Assembly (NCBI GenBank): GCA_963708135.1
Contig: OY970192.1
Location: 3,936,001 to 4,000,000, forward strand
DNA length: 64,000 bases
Direction: 5' to 3'
Source: an uncultured Gemmatimonadales bacterium
GTDB taxonomy: Bacteria > Gemmatimonadota > Gemmatimonadetes > Longimicrobiales > RSA9
The translations under genes were made by a program, and so were the position numbers. The notes beneath the pieces were generated by a model. That model was not told the origin of the DNA, searched no databases, and saw nothing but the letters and a program-made list of their open reading frames with translations. This document shows, piece by piece, positions 41,434-51,965 of this stretch (position 1 is its first letter; the number at the start of each line of letters is the position of its first letter).

Positions 41434-42423
41434 ATGCGGCCTCGCGCGATGCCGCCATCCGCCCTGGCCGCCTGCGCCCTCGCCCTCTTCGCCGCGAGCC
41501 TCGCCGGCTGCGGCTCGCCCCGCGCCGGGCGCGGCCCGCCGTCCGGCGATTCCGTGGCCGGCGCTGCGACGCCCGGCGCCGCAGCCCGCACCGCTCCACC
41601 CCTCGGCGCCCCCTCGAGTGACGGCGTCGCGTGCCCGGTGGTGCTCGACACCGCCGCGCTGCCGGCCTCCCTCCACGAGTCCAGCGGCGTGGCCGCCAGC
41701 CGGCGCCATCCCGGCGTCTTCTGGACGCACAACGACTCCGGCGGGCGCCCCGTCGTCTACGCCGTGGACGCCACGGGTCGGTTGCTCGGCTCGGTGACGA
41801 TCCTCGGCGCGGCCAACATCGACTGGGAAGACATCGCCCTCGCCCCCTGCCCGGACGGGGCCGGAGACTGCCTCACCATCGCCGACACGGGCGACAACGC
41901 CGAGCGACGCCAGGACATCGTGCTCTACCGTGTCCCGGAGCCGGAACCGTCCGCCACCGAAACCCCGCCCGCCGTCCGGATCCCGCTCCGCTACCCCGAT
42001 CACCCGCGCGACACCGAGGCGCTCTACGTCCTCCCCGATCGGGCCGCGTATCTCGTGAGCAAGGGCCGGAGCGGCCCCATCGAGCTGTACCGCGTTCCGC
42101 CCGCGGGCGGCGTGCTCGAGCCGGTCGAGCGGATTGCGCCCCGGCCCGCCGAGCTCGGCGACGAGGTCACCGCCGCCGCCGCCCGTCCCGACGGCCGCGT
42201 CGTGGCCGTCCGCACCTACGCCGCGCTCTACTTCTTCCGCGTGGGCCCCGACGGCCACCTAACGCCCATGCCGCCGCGCGCCGGCATCGACTTGGCCAGC
42301 GTGGCGCAGGTCCAGGGGGAAGGTCTCGATCTGCTCCAGGATGGCACGGCCGTGCTCACCAGCGAGGCGGGACCCGGCGGCACCCGCGGCGCCATCGCCC
42401 GGATCCGCTGCACCATCCCCTGA
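41434..42423 (+). CDS. secreted lipoprotein, beta-propeller (SdiA-regulated/phytase-like)
   Basis: LAGC lipobox; ESSG, WTHNDSG, DWEDI, DTGDN, QGEG. Confidence 0.7.
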   Translation: MRPRAMPPSALAACALALFAASLAGCGSPRAGRGPPSGDSVAGAATPGAAARTAPPLGAPSSDGVACPVVLDTAALPASLHESSGVAASRRHPGVFWTHNDSGGRPVVYAVDATGRLLGSVTILGAANIDWEDIALAPCPDGAGDCLTIADTGDNAERRQDIVLYRVPEPEPSATETPPAVRIPLRYPDHPRDTEALYVLPDRAAYLVSKGRSGPIELYRVPPAGGVLEPVERIAPRPAELGDEVTAAAARPDGRVVAVRTYAALYFFRVGPDGHLTPMPPRAGIDLASVAQVQGEGLDLLQDGTAVLTSEAGPGGTRGAIARIRCTIP

Positions 42424-42442
42424 CTGCCGCCCGCCCGGCGGC

Positions 42443-42796
42443 TCAGCGCTGCTCCAGGTACCGCTTCAGCGCCAGCGCCGAGTTGTGCTCCACGTCCGCC
42501 GCCGCATAGACCAGCGTCACGTTCCCGCGCTCCAGCTCCTTCCGCAGCATGCCGACCACGCTCCGATGCTCGCTCAGCTCCGCCCAGTAGCGCCGCACGA
42601 ATTCCTCCCAGCGTGCCGGCTCGTGGTCGTACCAGCGCCGCAGCGCGGGGCTCGGCGCCACCTCCCGCAGCCACAGGTCCAGCGAAGCCCGCCGCTTTGT
42701 CACGCCCCGCGGCCATAGCCGCTCCACCAGCACCCGCGTACCGTCCCCCGGGGACGGCGCCTCGTAGATGCGCTTCAGTCGCAGCTCACCGGCCAT
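42443..42796 (-). CDS. DUF488/YeaO-family protein
   Basis: KRIYE...DG.RVLVERLWPRG...VAPS..LRRW. Confidence 0.92.
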   Translation of the reverse strand: MAGELRLKRIYEAPSPGDGTRVLVERLWPRGVTKRRASLDLWLREVAPSPALRRWYDHEPARWEEFVRRYWAELSEHRSVVGMLRKELERGNVTLVYAAADVEHNSALALKRYLEQR

Positions 42797-42976
42797 TCGA
42801 GTCGTTCCCTCGCGAGGGCATTGCCGCGCCGCCGCGCGCGCTCGGCGCCCCTACACTAGGACCCCCGCGAAGCCGGGGTCAAGCAATGGTGCCCGGAACC
42901 GCCTCGATGCCCTCCGTCGGCTATCCCATAAGATGCGCAGGCACAATGGTTTGTGGCGAACGAAACACGCGCCGCC

Positions 42977-42990
42977 GGCACGGATGCTGC
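42977..42990 (+). promoter_or_regulatory. sigma-54 promoter upstream of the lytic transglycosylase
   Basis: CGG-CACGGATGCT-GCA, near consensus, with AT-richer DNA upstream. Confidence 0.65.
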
Positions 42991-43073
42991 ACCGTTTTGA
43001 CCCTGCCGGAGACCGCAACCGGGGCCCGCGGACCGTCGAATCGACCTCAGGCTAACCAGGCGTCAGGAGCCTC

Positions 43074-44024
43074 ATGATCAGCAGCGACCGAACCGCGACC
43101 GCCCGCCGTCGGACCCGCTCCGGCGGATACACCGTGCGTGCCCGCCGCTGGCCGGGCCGGCCTCCGTTCGACGGCGCCGGCCGGCCGTATGGCGGCTGGG
43201 CACGGGCGTTCGACGCGGCCGTTCCGGAGGATGCCGAAAACCCCTTCCTTCGCCGTCGCCACGGCGAGGTCGAGTGGCACGACCACGAGAGGCGTGCGCA
43301 TGACCGCCGCGCCGGGATCGACCGCCGCGACGACGGAGATCGCCGCCGCACCGACCGCCGCACGAGCCTGCTCCAGCGAGGTCGCGACTTCGCCCAGCGC
43401 TTCCGCGAGCCGATCATCGGCCTCACGATCGCGGGCGCGGCCGCGCCTCTGATCCGGGCCGGCAGCCGCTCGGCGGCCGCCTCCGCGGCGCCGGCGCCGG
43501 CGCGCCAGCCCGGGCCCGCCTCCGCCGCCACCGCGCGCGGGACGGATCCTGACGCCGCCGTAGGGGCGCGTTGGGCCAACGCCGAGCGCGACTCGGTGAT
43601 CAGCCGCGCCACGGGCGCATACAACATCTCGCCCCAGCTGGCCGCGTCGATCTACGACCATGCCCGACAGGAGGGCATCAAGCCCGAGCTCGCCTTCGGC
43701 CTCGTCCGCACCGAGAGCGCGTTCGACCCGCGCGCCATCAGCAGCGTCGGTGCCCGTGGCCTCACGCAGCTCATGCCGCGCACCGCCCGGTGGCTCCAGC
43801 CCGGCACGCGCGCGACGGACCTGTACCACCCCCAGACCAGCCTGCAGCTCGGGTTCCGCTATCTGCGCCACCTGCTCGACAACTACAACGGCAACGAGCA
43901 TCTCGCGCTGCTCGCCTACAACCGCGGCCCCGGGACGGTGAACCGCATCCTGCGGCAGGGCCGCAACCCCGCCAACGGGTACGCGCAGAAGGTGCTGGGC
44001 TTCGCCAGCCGCGTCGCCCCCTGA
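43074..44024 (+). CDS. SLT-domain lytic transglycosylase
   Basis: ESAF, GARGLTQLMP, AYNRG; R/D-rich N-terminus; start uncertain. Confidence 0.88.
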   Translation: MISSDRTATARRRTRSGGYTVRARRWPGRPPFDGAGRPYGGWARAFDAAVPEDAENPFLRRRHGEVEWHDHERRAHDRRAGIDRRDDGDRRRTDRRTSLLQRGRDFAQRFREPIIGLTIAGAAAPLIRAGSRSAAASAAPAPARQPGPASAATARGTDPDAAVGARWANAERDSVISRATGAYNISPQLAASIYDHARQEGIKPELAFGLVRTESAFDPRAISSVGARGLTQLMPRTARWLQPGTRATDLYHPQTSLQLGFRYLRHLLDNYNGNEHLALLAYNRGPGTVNRILRQGRNPANGYAQKVLGFASRVAP

Positions 44025-44096
44025 GCCCGCGGCGCGCGCCGGCACCTCCGCCCCCCGGCCGGTGTAGCCGAGAGAACTCGAGACCCGGGGGACGAA

Positions 44097-45614
44097 GTGC
44101 AGCGCGGATTCCGTAATGTCGTGCCGGCGGCGCTTCTGGCGCTTGCCGGGCTGGCCGCTCCGGCCGCCGCCCAGCACATCGATACGCTGGGCATGCGTGC
44201 CCACACCTATTTCCTGTCGAGTGACCTGCTCCAGGGTCGCGGAACCGGGACCCGCGGCGCTCATCTCGCCGCCGCCTACCTGGCCTCCGAGCTCCGTCGG
44301 CTGGGGCTCCAGGGAGTGGGCCCCGGGGGTGCCTACCTTCTGCCCGTCCCGCTCCAGGCCGCCGATGTGAACGACGCCACCACCACCCTCTCCGTCGCCG
44401 TGGGCGCCGACACCCTCGTCTTCCACTCGGGAATCAACTTCGTCCTGAATACCGGCGCACGCGCCGCGTTCCACGACATTGCCGGCCCCGCCCTCTTCGT
44501 CGGAACCGCCGCCCAGGCCGACGGGGCGCTCGAGGGCCGCAGCGACGTCGCCGGCAGCGTGCTGGTCGTGGCCGGAACCCTCGGCGCCGATGCCGCCACG
44601 CTCATCCCGGACTGGATCCGCCGCGGCGTGGCCGGCGTCATATTGGTCGTCCCCGACGCCGACCGCTTCCGCCTCCTCGCCGACTCCCGCGGCGGCGCCC
44701 GCATGTTCCTCGACGGCGCTGGCATGGACGATCCGGTCTGGCAGCCCGCGCTCCCCGAGATGGTGGCCGGCCCCGATGTCGCTCGCGCCCTGCTCGCCGG
44801 CGCACCCCTGGACGAGACCATGGTGGATGGCCATTCGCGGATCCGGGCGCTCCCGCTCGCGCGCTCCGTGACCACCCACGTGGTCGTGTCCTTCCGCCGT
44901 GTCGATGCCGCCAACGTCGCCGCCCTGCTCCCCGGCCGCGACCCCGCGCTCAGCCACCAGGTCGTCGTCTACACCGCGCACTACGACCACCTCGGCATCG
45001 GCGCGCCCGACCAGTCCGGTGACTCCATCTTCAACGGGTTCTCCGACAACGCCGCCGGCGACGCCATGCTCCTCGCCATCGCGGAGGCCATGAAGACAAG
45101 CCCGCCGGCCAGGTCCGTCCTGTTCCTGTTCCCGACCGGCGAGGAGCGAGGCCTGCTCGGATCCACGGCGTACGCCGCCGCGCCCGCCATCCCGCTCGCC
45201 CGCACCGTCGCCGTGATCAACCTCGACGCCGGCGCCCCGCCCGCCCCCCCGCTCGACTGGCGGATCGCCGGCGGCACCGCCTCTAGCCTCGGCGCCGAGG
45301 CCGTCCGCATCGCGAAAGCGCACGGCTGGACCGCCACATCCTCTCCGCCGTCGCCCAACTCCGACTACTGGCCGTTCCTGGCCCGCGGCGTCCCGTCCGC
45401 GTTCATCATCCCCGGGCCCGACTGGGAGGGCGTGGGCGCCGCTGAGAAGGCGCGCCTGGATGCCCGCTGGGAGCACTACCACCAGCGAGGCGACGAGTGG
45501 AAGCCCGACTTCCCTTTCGTCGGCCTCGCCCGCTACGCCCGCCTCGCGCTCGAGCTCGGAATGCACGTCGCCGACGCCCCTGCACGCCCCAAGCTCCTCT
45601 CGGCCGGCCGCTGA
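44097..45614 (+). CDS. secreted M28-family peptidase
   Basis: Signal peptide; AHYDH, NGFSDNA, GEERGLLGS, SDY, YHQ. Confidence 0.9.
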   Translation: MQRGFRNVVPAALLALAGLAAPAAAQHIDTLGMRAHTYFLSSDLLQGRGTGTRGAHLAAAYLASELRRLGLQGVGPGGAYLLPVPLQAADVNDATTTLSVAVGADTLVFHSGINFVLNTGARAAFHDIAGPALFVGTAAQADGALEGRSDVAGSVLVVAGTLGADAATLIPDWIRRGVAGVILVVPDADRFRLLADSRGGARMFLDGAGMDDPVWQPALPEMVAGPDVARALLAGAPLDETMVDGHSRIRALPLARSVTTHVVVSFRRVDAANVAALLPGRDPALSHQVVVYTAHYDHLGIGAPDQSGDSIFNGFSDNAAGDAMLLAIAEAMKTSPPARSVLFLFPTGEERGLLGSTAYAAAPAIPLARTVAVINLDAGAPPAPPLDWRIAGGTASSLGAEAVRIAKAHGWTATSSPPSPNSDYWPFLARGVPSAFIIPGPDWEGVGAAEKARLDARWEHYHQRGDEWKPDFPFVGLARYARLALELGMHVADAPARPKLLSAGR

Positions 45615-45771
45615 CCCGGATAGTGCCGCGTCACAGCCCCCACCCGCCTTCCCGCCGTTTGACGGCCGCCCCCACTTGCAGCGCTCCCCGTCCAGTCCCA
45701 GTTTGCCGGTGCGGAATCATGCGGCGACGCCCGAGCGGGCGCCGCCGCTTCTCACTTCGAGGGAGGTCTCG

Positions 45772-46215
45772 ATGCCGAAAGCCGAGCGCAGCGCCAGCGT
45801 CGTATGGCAGGGGAAGCTCGCGGACGGGAGCGGACGCGTGCGGCTGGCCAGCGGCGCCCTGGATGAGTTCCCCGTCACCTGGGCCTCCCGCGTGGAGAGC
45901 TCCGATGGCCGCACCAGCCCGGAGGAGCTCCTCGCCGCCGCGCACGCCGCCTGCTTCTCCATGGCGCTCTCGCACGCCCTGACTGGCAAGGGACATCCGC
46001 CCGCCGAGCTCCACGTCGCCGCGACCTGCACGATCGAGAAGCTCGACGCCGGCTTCACCATTACCAGCATGCGGCTCCGCGTCGAGGGTGACGTGCCCGG
46101 GATCACGGAGGCCGGATTCCAGGAGGCCGCGAACGGCGCGAAGGCCGGCTGCCCCGTCTCCCGCGCCCTCCAGGGCAACGTGGACGTGAGCCTCGAGGCC
46201 GCCCTCCGCGTCTGA
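45772..46215 (+). CDS. osmC: OsmC-family peroxiredoxin
   Basis: PEELLAAAHAACF...CPVSRAL. Confidence 0.93.
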   Translation: MPKAERSASVVWQGKLADGSGRVRLASGALDEFPVTWASRVESSDGRTSPEELLAAAHAACFSMALSHALTGKGHPPAELHVAATCTIEKLDAGFTITSMRLRVEGDVPGITEAGFQEAANGAKAGCPVSRALQGNVDVSLEAALRV

Positions 46216-46281
46216 GACAGTGCACGTCCTGGTCGATCGTTTCCGGAGTACGGTCAGCACCGAGCCGGGTCCGTCGTCGGG

Positions 46282-46375
46282 CTCTCTCGCGCGGAGGCGC
46301 GGGAGGTCCGCGGCGGCGCGGAGGATGCCATGAGTTCACCGCGACTCCGCGGGCCTCCGCGTCCCTGTGAGAGAC
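46282..46375. repeat. dispersed repeat (copy 2) followed by a degenerate inverted copy (REP-like)
   Basis: 46282-46323 matches the reverse complement of 6693-6734; an imperfect inverted copy follows. Confidence 0.6.
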
Positions 46376-46417
46376 AGGCACCCCGGCGGTCTCGGGAACG
46401 CGCGTCGTCGGACCCTC

Positions 46418-47444
46418 TCATCTCGCGGCGGGGTTTGCCCGCCCGCCCCGCCCCGCCGCCCACGCGTCCGCCGCAGCCGCGAACCGCCGTACGATCGCGC
46501 CTGCCGCCTCCACCGCGTGGATCCCGTCCACGCTCCTGCCCGCCTGGAAGTAGTCCGCGTACGCCGAGCCCCGCAGCGAGGACCGCTTGAGCTTCCACGC
46601 GGCCTGGAGCTGGTACAGGAGCCGCATCGCGTGTTTCGTGCGCCGCCCCCTGAGCATCCGTCGCGCCAGCCACCCCGCCTTCGTGCCCACCCGCTCGATG
46701 TACGGCGTCCGAATCACCGCCAACGGCACTCCCGTCACCTTCTCCGTGATCGCAATGTCATCGGCGTTCGCCTCCAGGATCGCCCTCTGGTAGTCCGGAT
46801 GCACCCGGCACTCCGTCGTCGCGATGAAGCGGGTGCCCATCTGCACCCCGGCATAGCCGAGCGCGAGCGCCCCGACGAATCCCGCCTCGTCGCCGACGCC
46901 GCCCGCGCACACCACCGGAACACCCAGGTCGCCCAGCTCGTCCATGAGCTGCTCCGGCGTCCTCGGGCCCGCGTGTCCGCCCGCTCGGCTGTTCACCGCG
47001 ATCAGTCCCCGCACCCCGTTGTCCAGCGCCTTCAGCGCCCACTTCCGCTCCGTCACGTCGTGGTACACGATCCCGCCAGCCCGCCCCACCCGCTCCACTA
47101 CCCAGCGCGGGTTGCCCAGCGACGTCACATAGAAGCGCACCCCCTCCTCCAGCGCCACCTCCAGCCATCCCCTCCATCCGCCGCCGATACGCCTTCTGCG
47201 ACCGCTCCACGATGACGTTCATCCCGATCGGCTTCGTCGTCAGCCGTCGGATGAGACGCACCCCCTCCCGAAACTCGTGGCCGTGCACGTACACCAGCGA
47301 CATCGGCTGCAGGATCCCCAGCGCCCCCGCCTTCGAGGCCGCCGCCACCAGCTCCGGGTTGCTGCACGGGTACATCGCGCCGCACAGGATCGGAACCCCT
47401 ACTCCCGCATCGCGCGTCAGCGCCGTCTCGATTCCCACGCTCAT
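46418..47444 (-). pseudogene. nitronate monooxygenase/FabK-like flavoprotein, frameshifted near 47170
   Basis: N-part (MYPCSNPELVAA) and C-part (AGGHAG, QMGTRF) are in different frames; removing one G from a G run restores RMEGWLEVALEE. Confidence 0.8.
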
Positions 47445-47923
47445 CTCGCCTCCCGCGGCCCGATCCGCCACCGCACACGCGCCCGCGCCACCACTTCCCC
47501 CGCCTCGTCCCGGATCTCGGCCGGGAACGTGTGCTCGCCCTCCACCCGCCAGTCCGGAATCGCCGTGTCGCACAAGCCCGTCATCCGCCCTCGCCCCTTC
47601 TTCACGTAGTCCACCTCCAGGCCCACCGGGATGCCCCGCGCCTCCGCCGGCAAGCCGTACGTCACCGCCAGCCCCGACACCAGCTCCGCCAGGTTCGCCA
47701 GCGCGATCGCGTGCACCGAGCCCAGATGGTTCCGCACCCGCCGCCGGCCCGCCATCAGGATCCGGCAGTGGCCCGCCCTCAGTTCCACCACCCGAGGCCG
47801 GATCGTGCCGGAGTACGGCACCACCAGCGAGATCACCCGGCTGAACGTCCAGCGGCCGCCCGGAATCCCCGACAGCCGGTCCCAGCTCGTCCGCACGAAC
47901 CCCTCCGGCGACGCCAGTCGCAT
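47441..47923 (-). CDS. hotdog-fold thioesterase (DUF4442/PaaI-like)
   Basis: VPYSGTI...NHLGSVHAIALANLAE. Confidence 0.85.
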   Translation of the reverse strand: MRLASPEGFVRTSWDRLSGIPGGRWTFSRVISLVVPYSGTIRPRVVELRAGHCRILMAGRRRVRNHLGSVHAIALANLAELVSGLAVTYGLPAEARGIPVGLEVDYVKKGRGRMTGLCDTAIPDWRVEGEHTFPAEIRDEAGEVVARARVRWRIGPREAR

Positions 47924-48100
47924 CCCGCCCCCTTTCCCGCTCGGCCTTGATCCCCCAGCCCCTGGCCCCATCCCCTGAAACGGCTGTTTTCCACCACCCC
48001 GTCCTGTTCCCACTCCCCACCGCAACCCCCTGCCCGCGGCCCCCTTCCACCCCCTCACCACTCCTACAACCACCGTTTGACCCACCCCACTTCGACAGAA

Positions 48101-48167
48101 TTCCAATGGGGATTGGAAACACCGATTCCCCACCCGCCGTGCCCCTTGAGCTTGGAGGCGCAATTGC
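48101..48167 (+). promoter_or_regulatory. palindrome plus sigma-54 promoter upstream of the ECF sigma gene
   Basis: TTCCAAT-GGGG-ATTGGAA (48101-48118); TGG-AGGCGCAATT-GCT (48154-48167). Confidence 0.55.
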
Positions 48168-48302
48168 TTATGTTTAGACCCGGTTCCGAGCGAACTGCCC
48201 GACCCGGGAACTCAGGCGGAAAATAGAGGATTTTGAGCTTGTGGGCGGATCGCCGCGAGGTCGCGTGTGGTCCGATTGATGGCATTGAAAGGAGACCCGC
48301 GC

Positions 48303-48926
48303 TTGGCTACGACGATGTTGAAGGGCACGCCGCGCAGGCGGGTGCAGCTCGGAGAGATGGCGGACAACGCGCTCGTGGCGGCGCACCTCGAGGGCCACCC
48401 CGGGGCGTTCAACGAGCTCTACGGGCGCTATCATGACAAGCTGGTCCATTTCATTGCGCGCAAGACCGGCGACCGCGATCGCGCCGAGGATCTGGTCCAG
48501 GAGGCGTTCATCCGGGTCACCCGGCATCTGCACCGCTTCGACCAGTCGAAGAAGTTCTCGACCTGGATCTACACCATCGCGGGCAACCTGTCCAAGAACG
48601 AGCTGCGCAATCGCTCGCGGAGTCCGCTGGTCCTGTTCCAGAAGCTGACCACGCACTGGGACCCGGACCACCGGCCCCTCCAGTTCGAGGACCTGAGCAA
48701 CCGGCCGGACGATCTGTACCGCAAGCGCTTCCTCCAGGACCTGGTGGAGCGTACGGTCGAGCAGCTGCCCGAGCACCACCAGCTCGTCTTCCGGCTCCGC
48801 GAGCTCGAGGGCAAGAGCTACGAGGAGATCGCCGAGATCACCGGCGTGAACCTCGGCACGGTGAAGAGCCGGCTGCACCGCGCCCGGACCAGCTTTGCGG
48901 AGCGGATCGAGCCGCACCTGAACTAG
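48303..48926 (+). CDS. ECF sigma factor (RpoE/SigW-like)
   Basis: AEDLVQEAF, FSTWIYTIA, SYEEIAEI...GTVKSRLHRAR; AAAGGAG RBS before TTG. Confidence 0.94.
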   Translation: MATTMLKGTPRRRVQLGEMADNALVAAHLEGHPGAFNELYGRYHDKLVHFIARKTGDRDRAEDLVQEAFIRVTRHLHRFDQSKKFSTWIYTIAGNLSKNELRNRSRSPLVLFQKLTTHWDPDHRPLQFEDLSNRPDDLYRKRFLQDLVERTVEQLPEHHQLVFRLRELEGKSYEEIAEITGVNLGTVKSRLHRARTSFAERIEPHLN

Positions 48927-48946
48927 GCGATGTTTCCCGTCCGCCA

Positions 48947-48982
48947 AAAGGCGCCGCGCCCACTCCCGGGCGCGGCGCCTTT
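48947..48982. terminator. bidirectional intrinsic terminator
   Basis: AAAGGCGCCGCGCCC-ACTCCC-GGGCGCGGCGCCTTT between convergent genes. Confidence 0.8.
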
Positions 48983-49001
48983 CGCATCCCCGCCCGTCCG
49001 C

Positions 49002-49853
49002 TCACCGCCCGCACGTCACCCCGTCGGGACCCGCCGAGAACGTGAACCAGCGTCGCCCCCCGCTCAGCGTCTGCTCGACCACGGAGCCGCATGGCACGCG
49101 CGCCCGGCCGGCGTCGATCACCAGCGCGGGCCGGCCCTGGATCTCCAGCCGGAACTCGCGCGCGTCGCGCGGCAACACGATCGCGAGCGAGGTCGGCCCC
49201 TCGAGCGGCGGCAGCGCCAGCCGTCCAGCGCTGGGCCTGGGGACCGAGATCGGCCGGCTGCCCAGGATGCGGAAGCTGTTGCCTTCCCAGCGGACCGTCA
49301 GGGCCCGCAGGCTGGAGGCATCGGGAAGGGAGACGACGGCCGGCGGCATCCCGGCAAGGTAGGCGGGCTGGAGCATCGCCTCCCCCGAGCTCGGCGCGGG
49401 CGGCGCCGGCAGCGCCTCGGCCGCACGCTCGCCGTACGGCCGCGGCGGCTTCCACGAGTAGGACGCGCTTCGCTCGAGCGTGCCGAACGTCTGGGCCGCG
49501 CCAGCACCGGGCAGCCGCACGCGCACGGCAGCCTGCTCGGGCACGACGACGAGATAGTCCACCCGTGTTGCCCCGGCGGAGGTGAGCGTCAGGCGCTCGC
49601 GCGTGTCCGAGATCCCGAACCCGGCGAAGCCGTTCGCCGCCCGGGCGGTCACCTCGACCTGTCCCCGCTGTCCGTGGATCACGTGCACGGTGCCCGGCGC
49701 GTCCGACTGTACGTCCACCGTCAGACTCGAGCCGAGGAACGTGAACAGGCGGTGCTCCGTCGGCTGCAGCACCACCGCCTGCTGTGCGCGGGCCACGCGC
49801 GGAAGTGCCGCCCCGGCGGCGAGCGCGGCCACCACCATCGTAAGCGCTTTCAT
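49002..49853 (-). CDS. secreted hypothetical protein
   Basis: AAAGGAG RBS, signal peptide ending ARA-Q, two beta-rich domains. Confidence 0.65.
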   Translation of the reverse strand: MKALTMVVAALAAGAALPRVARAQQAVVLQPTEHRLFTFLGSSLTVDVQSDAPGTVHVIHGQRGQVEVTARAANGFAGFGISDTRERLTLTSAGATRVDYLVVVPEQAAVRVRLPGAGAAQTFGTLERSASYSWKPPRPYGERAAEALPAPPAPSSGEAMLQPAYLAGMPPAVVSLPDASSLRALTVRWEGNSFRILGSRPISVPRPSAGRLALPPLEGPTSLAIVLPRDAREFRLEIQGRPALVIDAGRARVPCGSVVEQTLSGGRRWFTFSAGPDGVTCGR

Positions 49854-49956
49854 GATCTCTCCTTTCCGCTGCACCGGCCGACCCGGGCGAGGGGCACCGT
49901 CGGCTTTCCCATGGTACCCGTCCGGGCCGGCAAGGGTCGGCGAGCGGCCTGCGGCC

Positions 49957-50514
49957 TCAGCCGCCGCTCGTATCGGGCGGCGGCGAGGGCGACGTCGTGC
50001 CCGCGGCGGGCTCCACGTTGAGGTACAGTGTCTTCTGCAACGTCCACCCGGACTCCGGCTGGAGGGCCGCTTCCTGGACGCGTTGCGAGGACTCCGCGGG
50101 CGTCGCCTGCTCCAGCGTGCCCGTCAGCCCCGTCAGCTGCTGGCCGGGCTGCGCCTTCGCCCCCGACTCCACCCACAGGACGTCGTTGCCGGAGCGCAGC
50201 CAGAAACCGGTCCCCGTGGGCTTCCCCACCACCACCCCGCGCGCGCTCACGCGCTGCCCCACGTCCTCGGGCCCGAGCGGCAGGAGGCTGGAAAGCTCCA
50301 CCGCCGTCCCCTCCGGCGCCCCGGGCGCAGGCATCGCCGCGGGTGCGGCCGGCGTCTCCGGCTGCGTTCCCGGGGGCGCCTCGGCCGCCCGCGTCGTCTT
50401 GCGCGTGTTGACCAGCGCGGCAATGCCCCAGATGAGCAAGGCGAGCACCACCAGCCCCACGAGCCAGGGAATGACCGACGGCCCCTGACGCTTCTCGAGA
50501 TTGATGTCCACCAT
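49957..50514 (-). CDS. membrane-anchored hypothetical protein (possible OB fold)
   Basis: AAGGAG RBS; MVDINLEKR..PWLVGLVVLALLIW anchor; sigma-54-like element at 50585-50598. Confidence 0.7.
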   Translation of the reverse strand: MVDINLEKRQGPSVIPWLVGLVVLALLIWGIAALVNTRKTTRAAEAPPGTQPETPAAPAAMPAPGAPEGTAVELSSLLPLGPEDVGQRVSARGVVVGKPTGTGFWLRSGNDVLWVESGAKAQPGQQLTGLTGTLEQATPAESSQRVQEAALQPESGWTLQKTLYLNVEPAAGTTSPSPPPDTSGG

Positions 50515-50687
50515 GGTTCATATCTCCTTGTGCCGCAACTATTTCGCGCTCTAGTGGCGCACCCTTGTCCGGCACCCAGCAGCAGCAAGTTGTGTTCCCC
50601 ATCCGGGACGACCGGCACTCGCGGATGCGCCACGGGGCGAGGTCGCTTCCGCGCCCCCGCCCCGACCCAGCGTGAAGCCCCCGAGGG

Positions 50688-51839
50688 CTACACGATCTGC
50701 TTCTTGATCCGGATCCCGCGTCGCTCCAGCTGCCGCACGTATTCCTCGGCCGGCACCACCTCGTCCGGCGTGGCCACGCCCGCGCCGCCCGTCTTCCCCT
50801 CCGCCTGCAGCTGCCCGGTGATGGAGAGCGAGTAGCCGGTCGTCCGCTCCATCGAGCTGATGCCGTTCTTCTCGTCGAAGTAGTCGAGCATGTCGTAGAC
50901 GATCCGGCGCGGCTCCCCGTCCTTCCGCCCATCCACCTCCACCCGCATCGCGACCAGGTCCTTCCCGCCGGTGCGCCTGAGCCGCGGCTCCACCACGGCG
51001 ATGAACAGGTCCCGCGGCACCACCTCCTGCCCGTCCACGGCCACCGGTTCGAGCCCGAGCAGACCCAGCTCCCGCACCGCGCGCATGATCGAGGCGTGCC
51101 CGGGGTAGCGGAGCGTCTTGTACTGCATCTCGCGCACCCGCCCCTCGTAGCGCCAGGGCAGCGTGGACAGGCCGCCGCCCGTCTGGAACGCCTCGAGGAT
51201 CCCGACCGGCGCGGGAAAATCCACCGGCTCGAGCTCGGAGAGAGCGTCCACCTGCTTCGGCTTCCCCTCGCGCAGCACCCACGCCGGCGTGGTGTAGTAG
51301 TCGAGCACGCCGTGAAGCGAGTAGACGATCTGGTAGTTCAGCGGCGGCTCCGGGTGCTGCGGCAGCCCGCCGACGCGGATCTTGACGGAATCCGTCGCCT
51401 CCAGCTCGCGGATCCCCTGCGCGGCCAGGATGTTCACCATCCCGGGCGCCAGCCCGCAGTCGGGGATGACGCTCGCGCCCCTCTCCTTCGCGCGCCCATC
51501 CAGCTCCAGCTGCTGGAAGACGATCTGCGTGTTGCCGCCCAGGTCACAGTAGTGGACGCCCGCGTCCACCGCCGCCACCGTCGCGTCCAGGTTGAAGTAG
51601 TACGGCAATGCGTTCATGCACACCCGCCGCCCCTCCATGACCCTGCGCAGCGCCGCGGTGTCGCGCGCGTCCAGGGTGACCAGCTCCAGCCGCGCGTCCC
51701 CGCGGTACGTCGCCAGGAACGGCGGGATCGCGTTAACATCAATGTCCGCCAGCGTCACCCGCTCCACCGCTTCGTTCTGAAGCAGGTCGTACGCGCACGC
51801 CGAGCCCTGTAGCCCGGCCCCCAGCACCAGCATCCGCAT
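50688..51839 (-). CDS. saccharopine dehydrogenase / lysine 6-dehydrogenase family
   Basis: LGAGLQG, DLGGN, DCGLAPG, VGGLP, YKTLRYPGH. Confidence 0.9.
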   Translation of the reverse strand: MRMLVLGAGLQGSACAYDLLQNEAVERVTLADIDVNAIPPFLATYRGDARLELVTLDARDTAALRRVMEGRRVCMNALPYYFNLDATVAAVDAGVHYCDLGGNTQIVFQQLELDGRAKERGASVIPDCGLAPGMVNILAAQGIRELEATDSVKIRVGGLPQHPEPPLNYQIVYSLHGVLDYYTTPAWVLREGKPKQVDALSELEPVDFPAPVGILEAFQTGGGLSTLPWRYEGRVREMQYKTLRYPGHASIMRAVRELGLLGLEPVAVDGQEVVPRDLFIAVVEPRLRRTGGKDLVAMRVEVDGRKDGEPRRIVYDMLDYFDEKNGISSMERTTGYSLSITGQLQAEGKTGGAGVATPDEVVPAEEYVRQLERRGIRIKKQIV

Positions 51840-51965
51840 GTACCCTCCGAGATGAGATCGAGCGGGAAGGATCCGCCTGCGCATTCCCTCCGTTGTGTGC
51901 CATCCGCCGGACCCGTCGTCGGGCTCCGGTCCAGCCTTCCACAGTGCGTTCCCCCGCCCCTGGTG

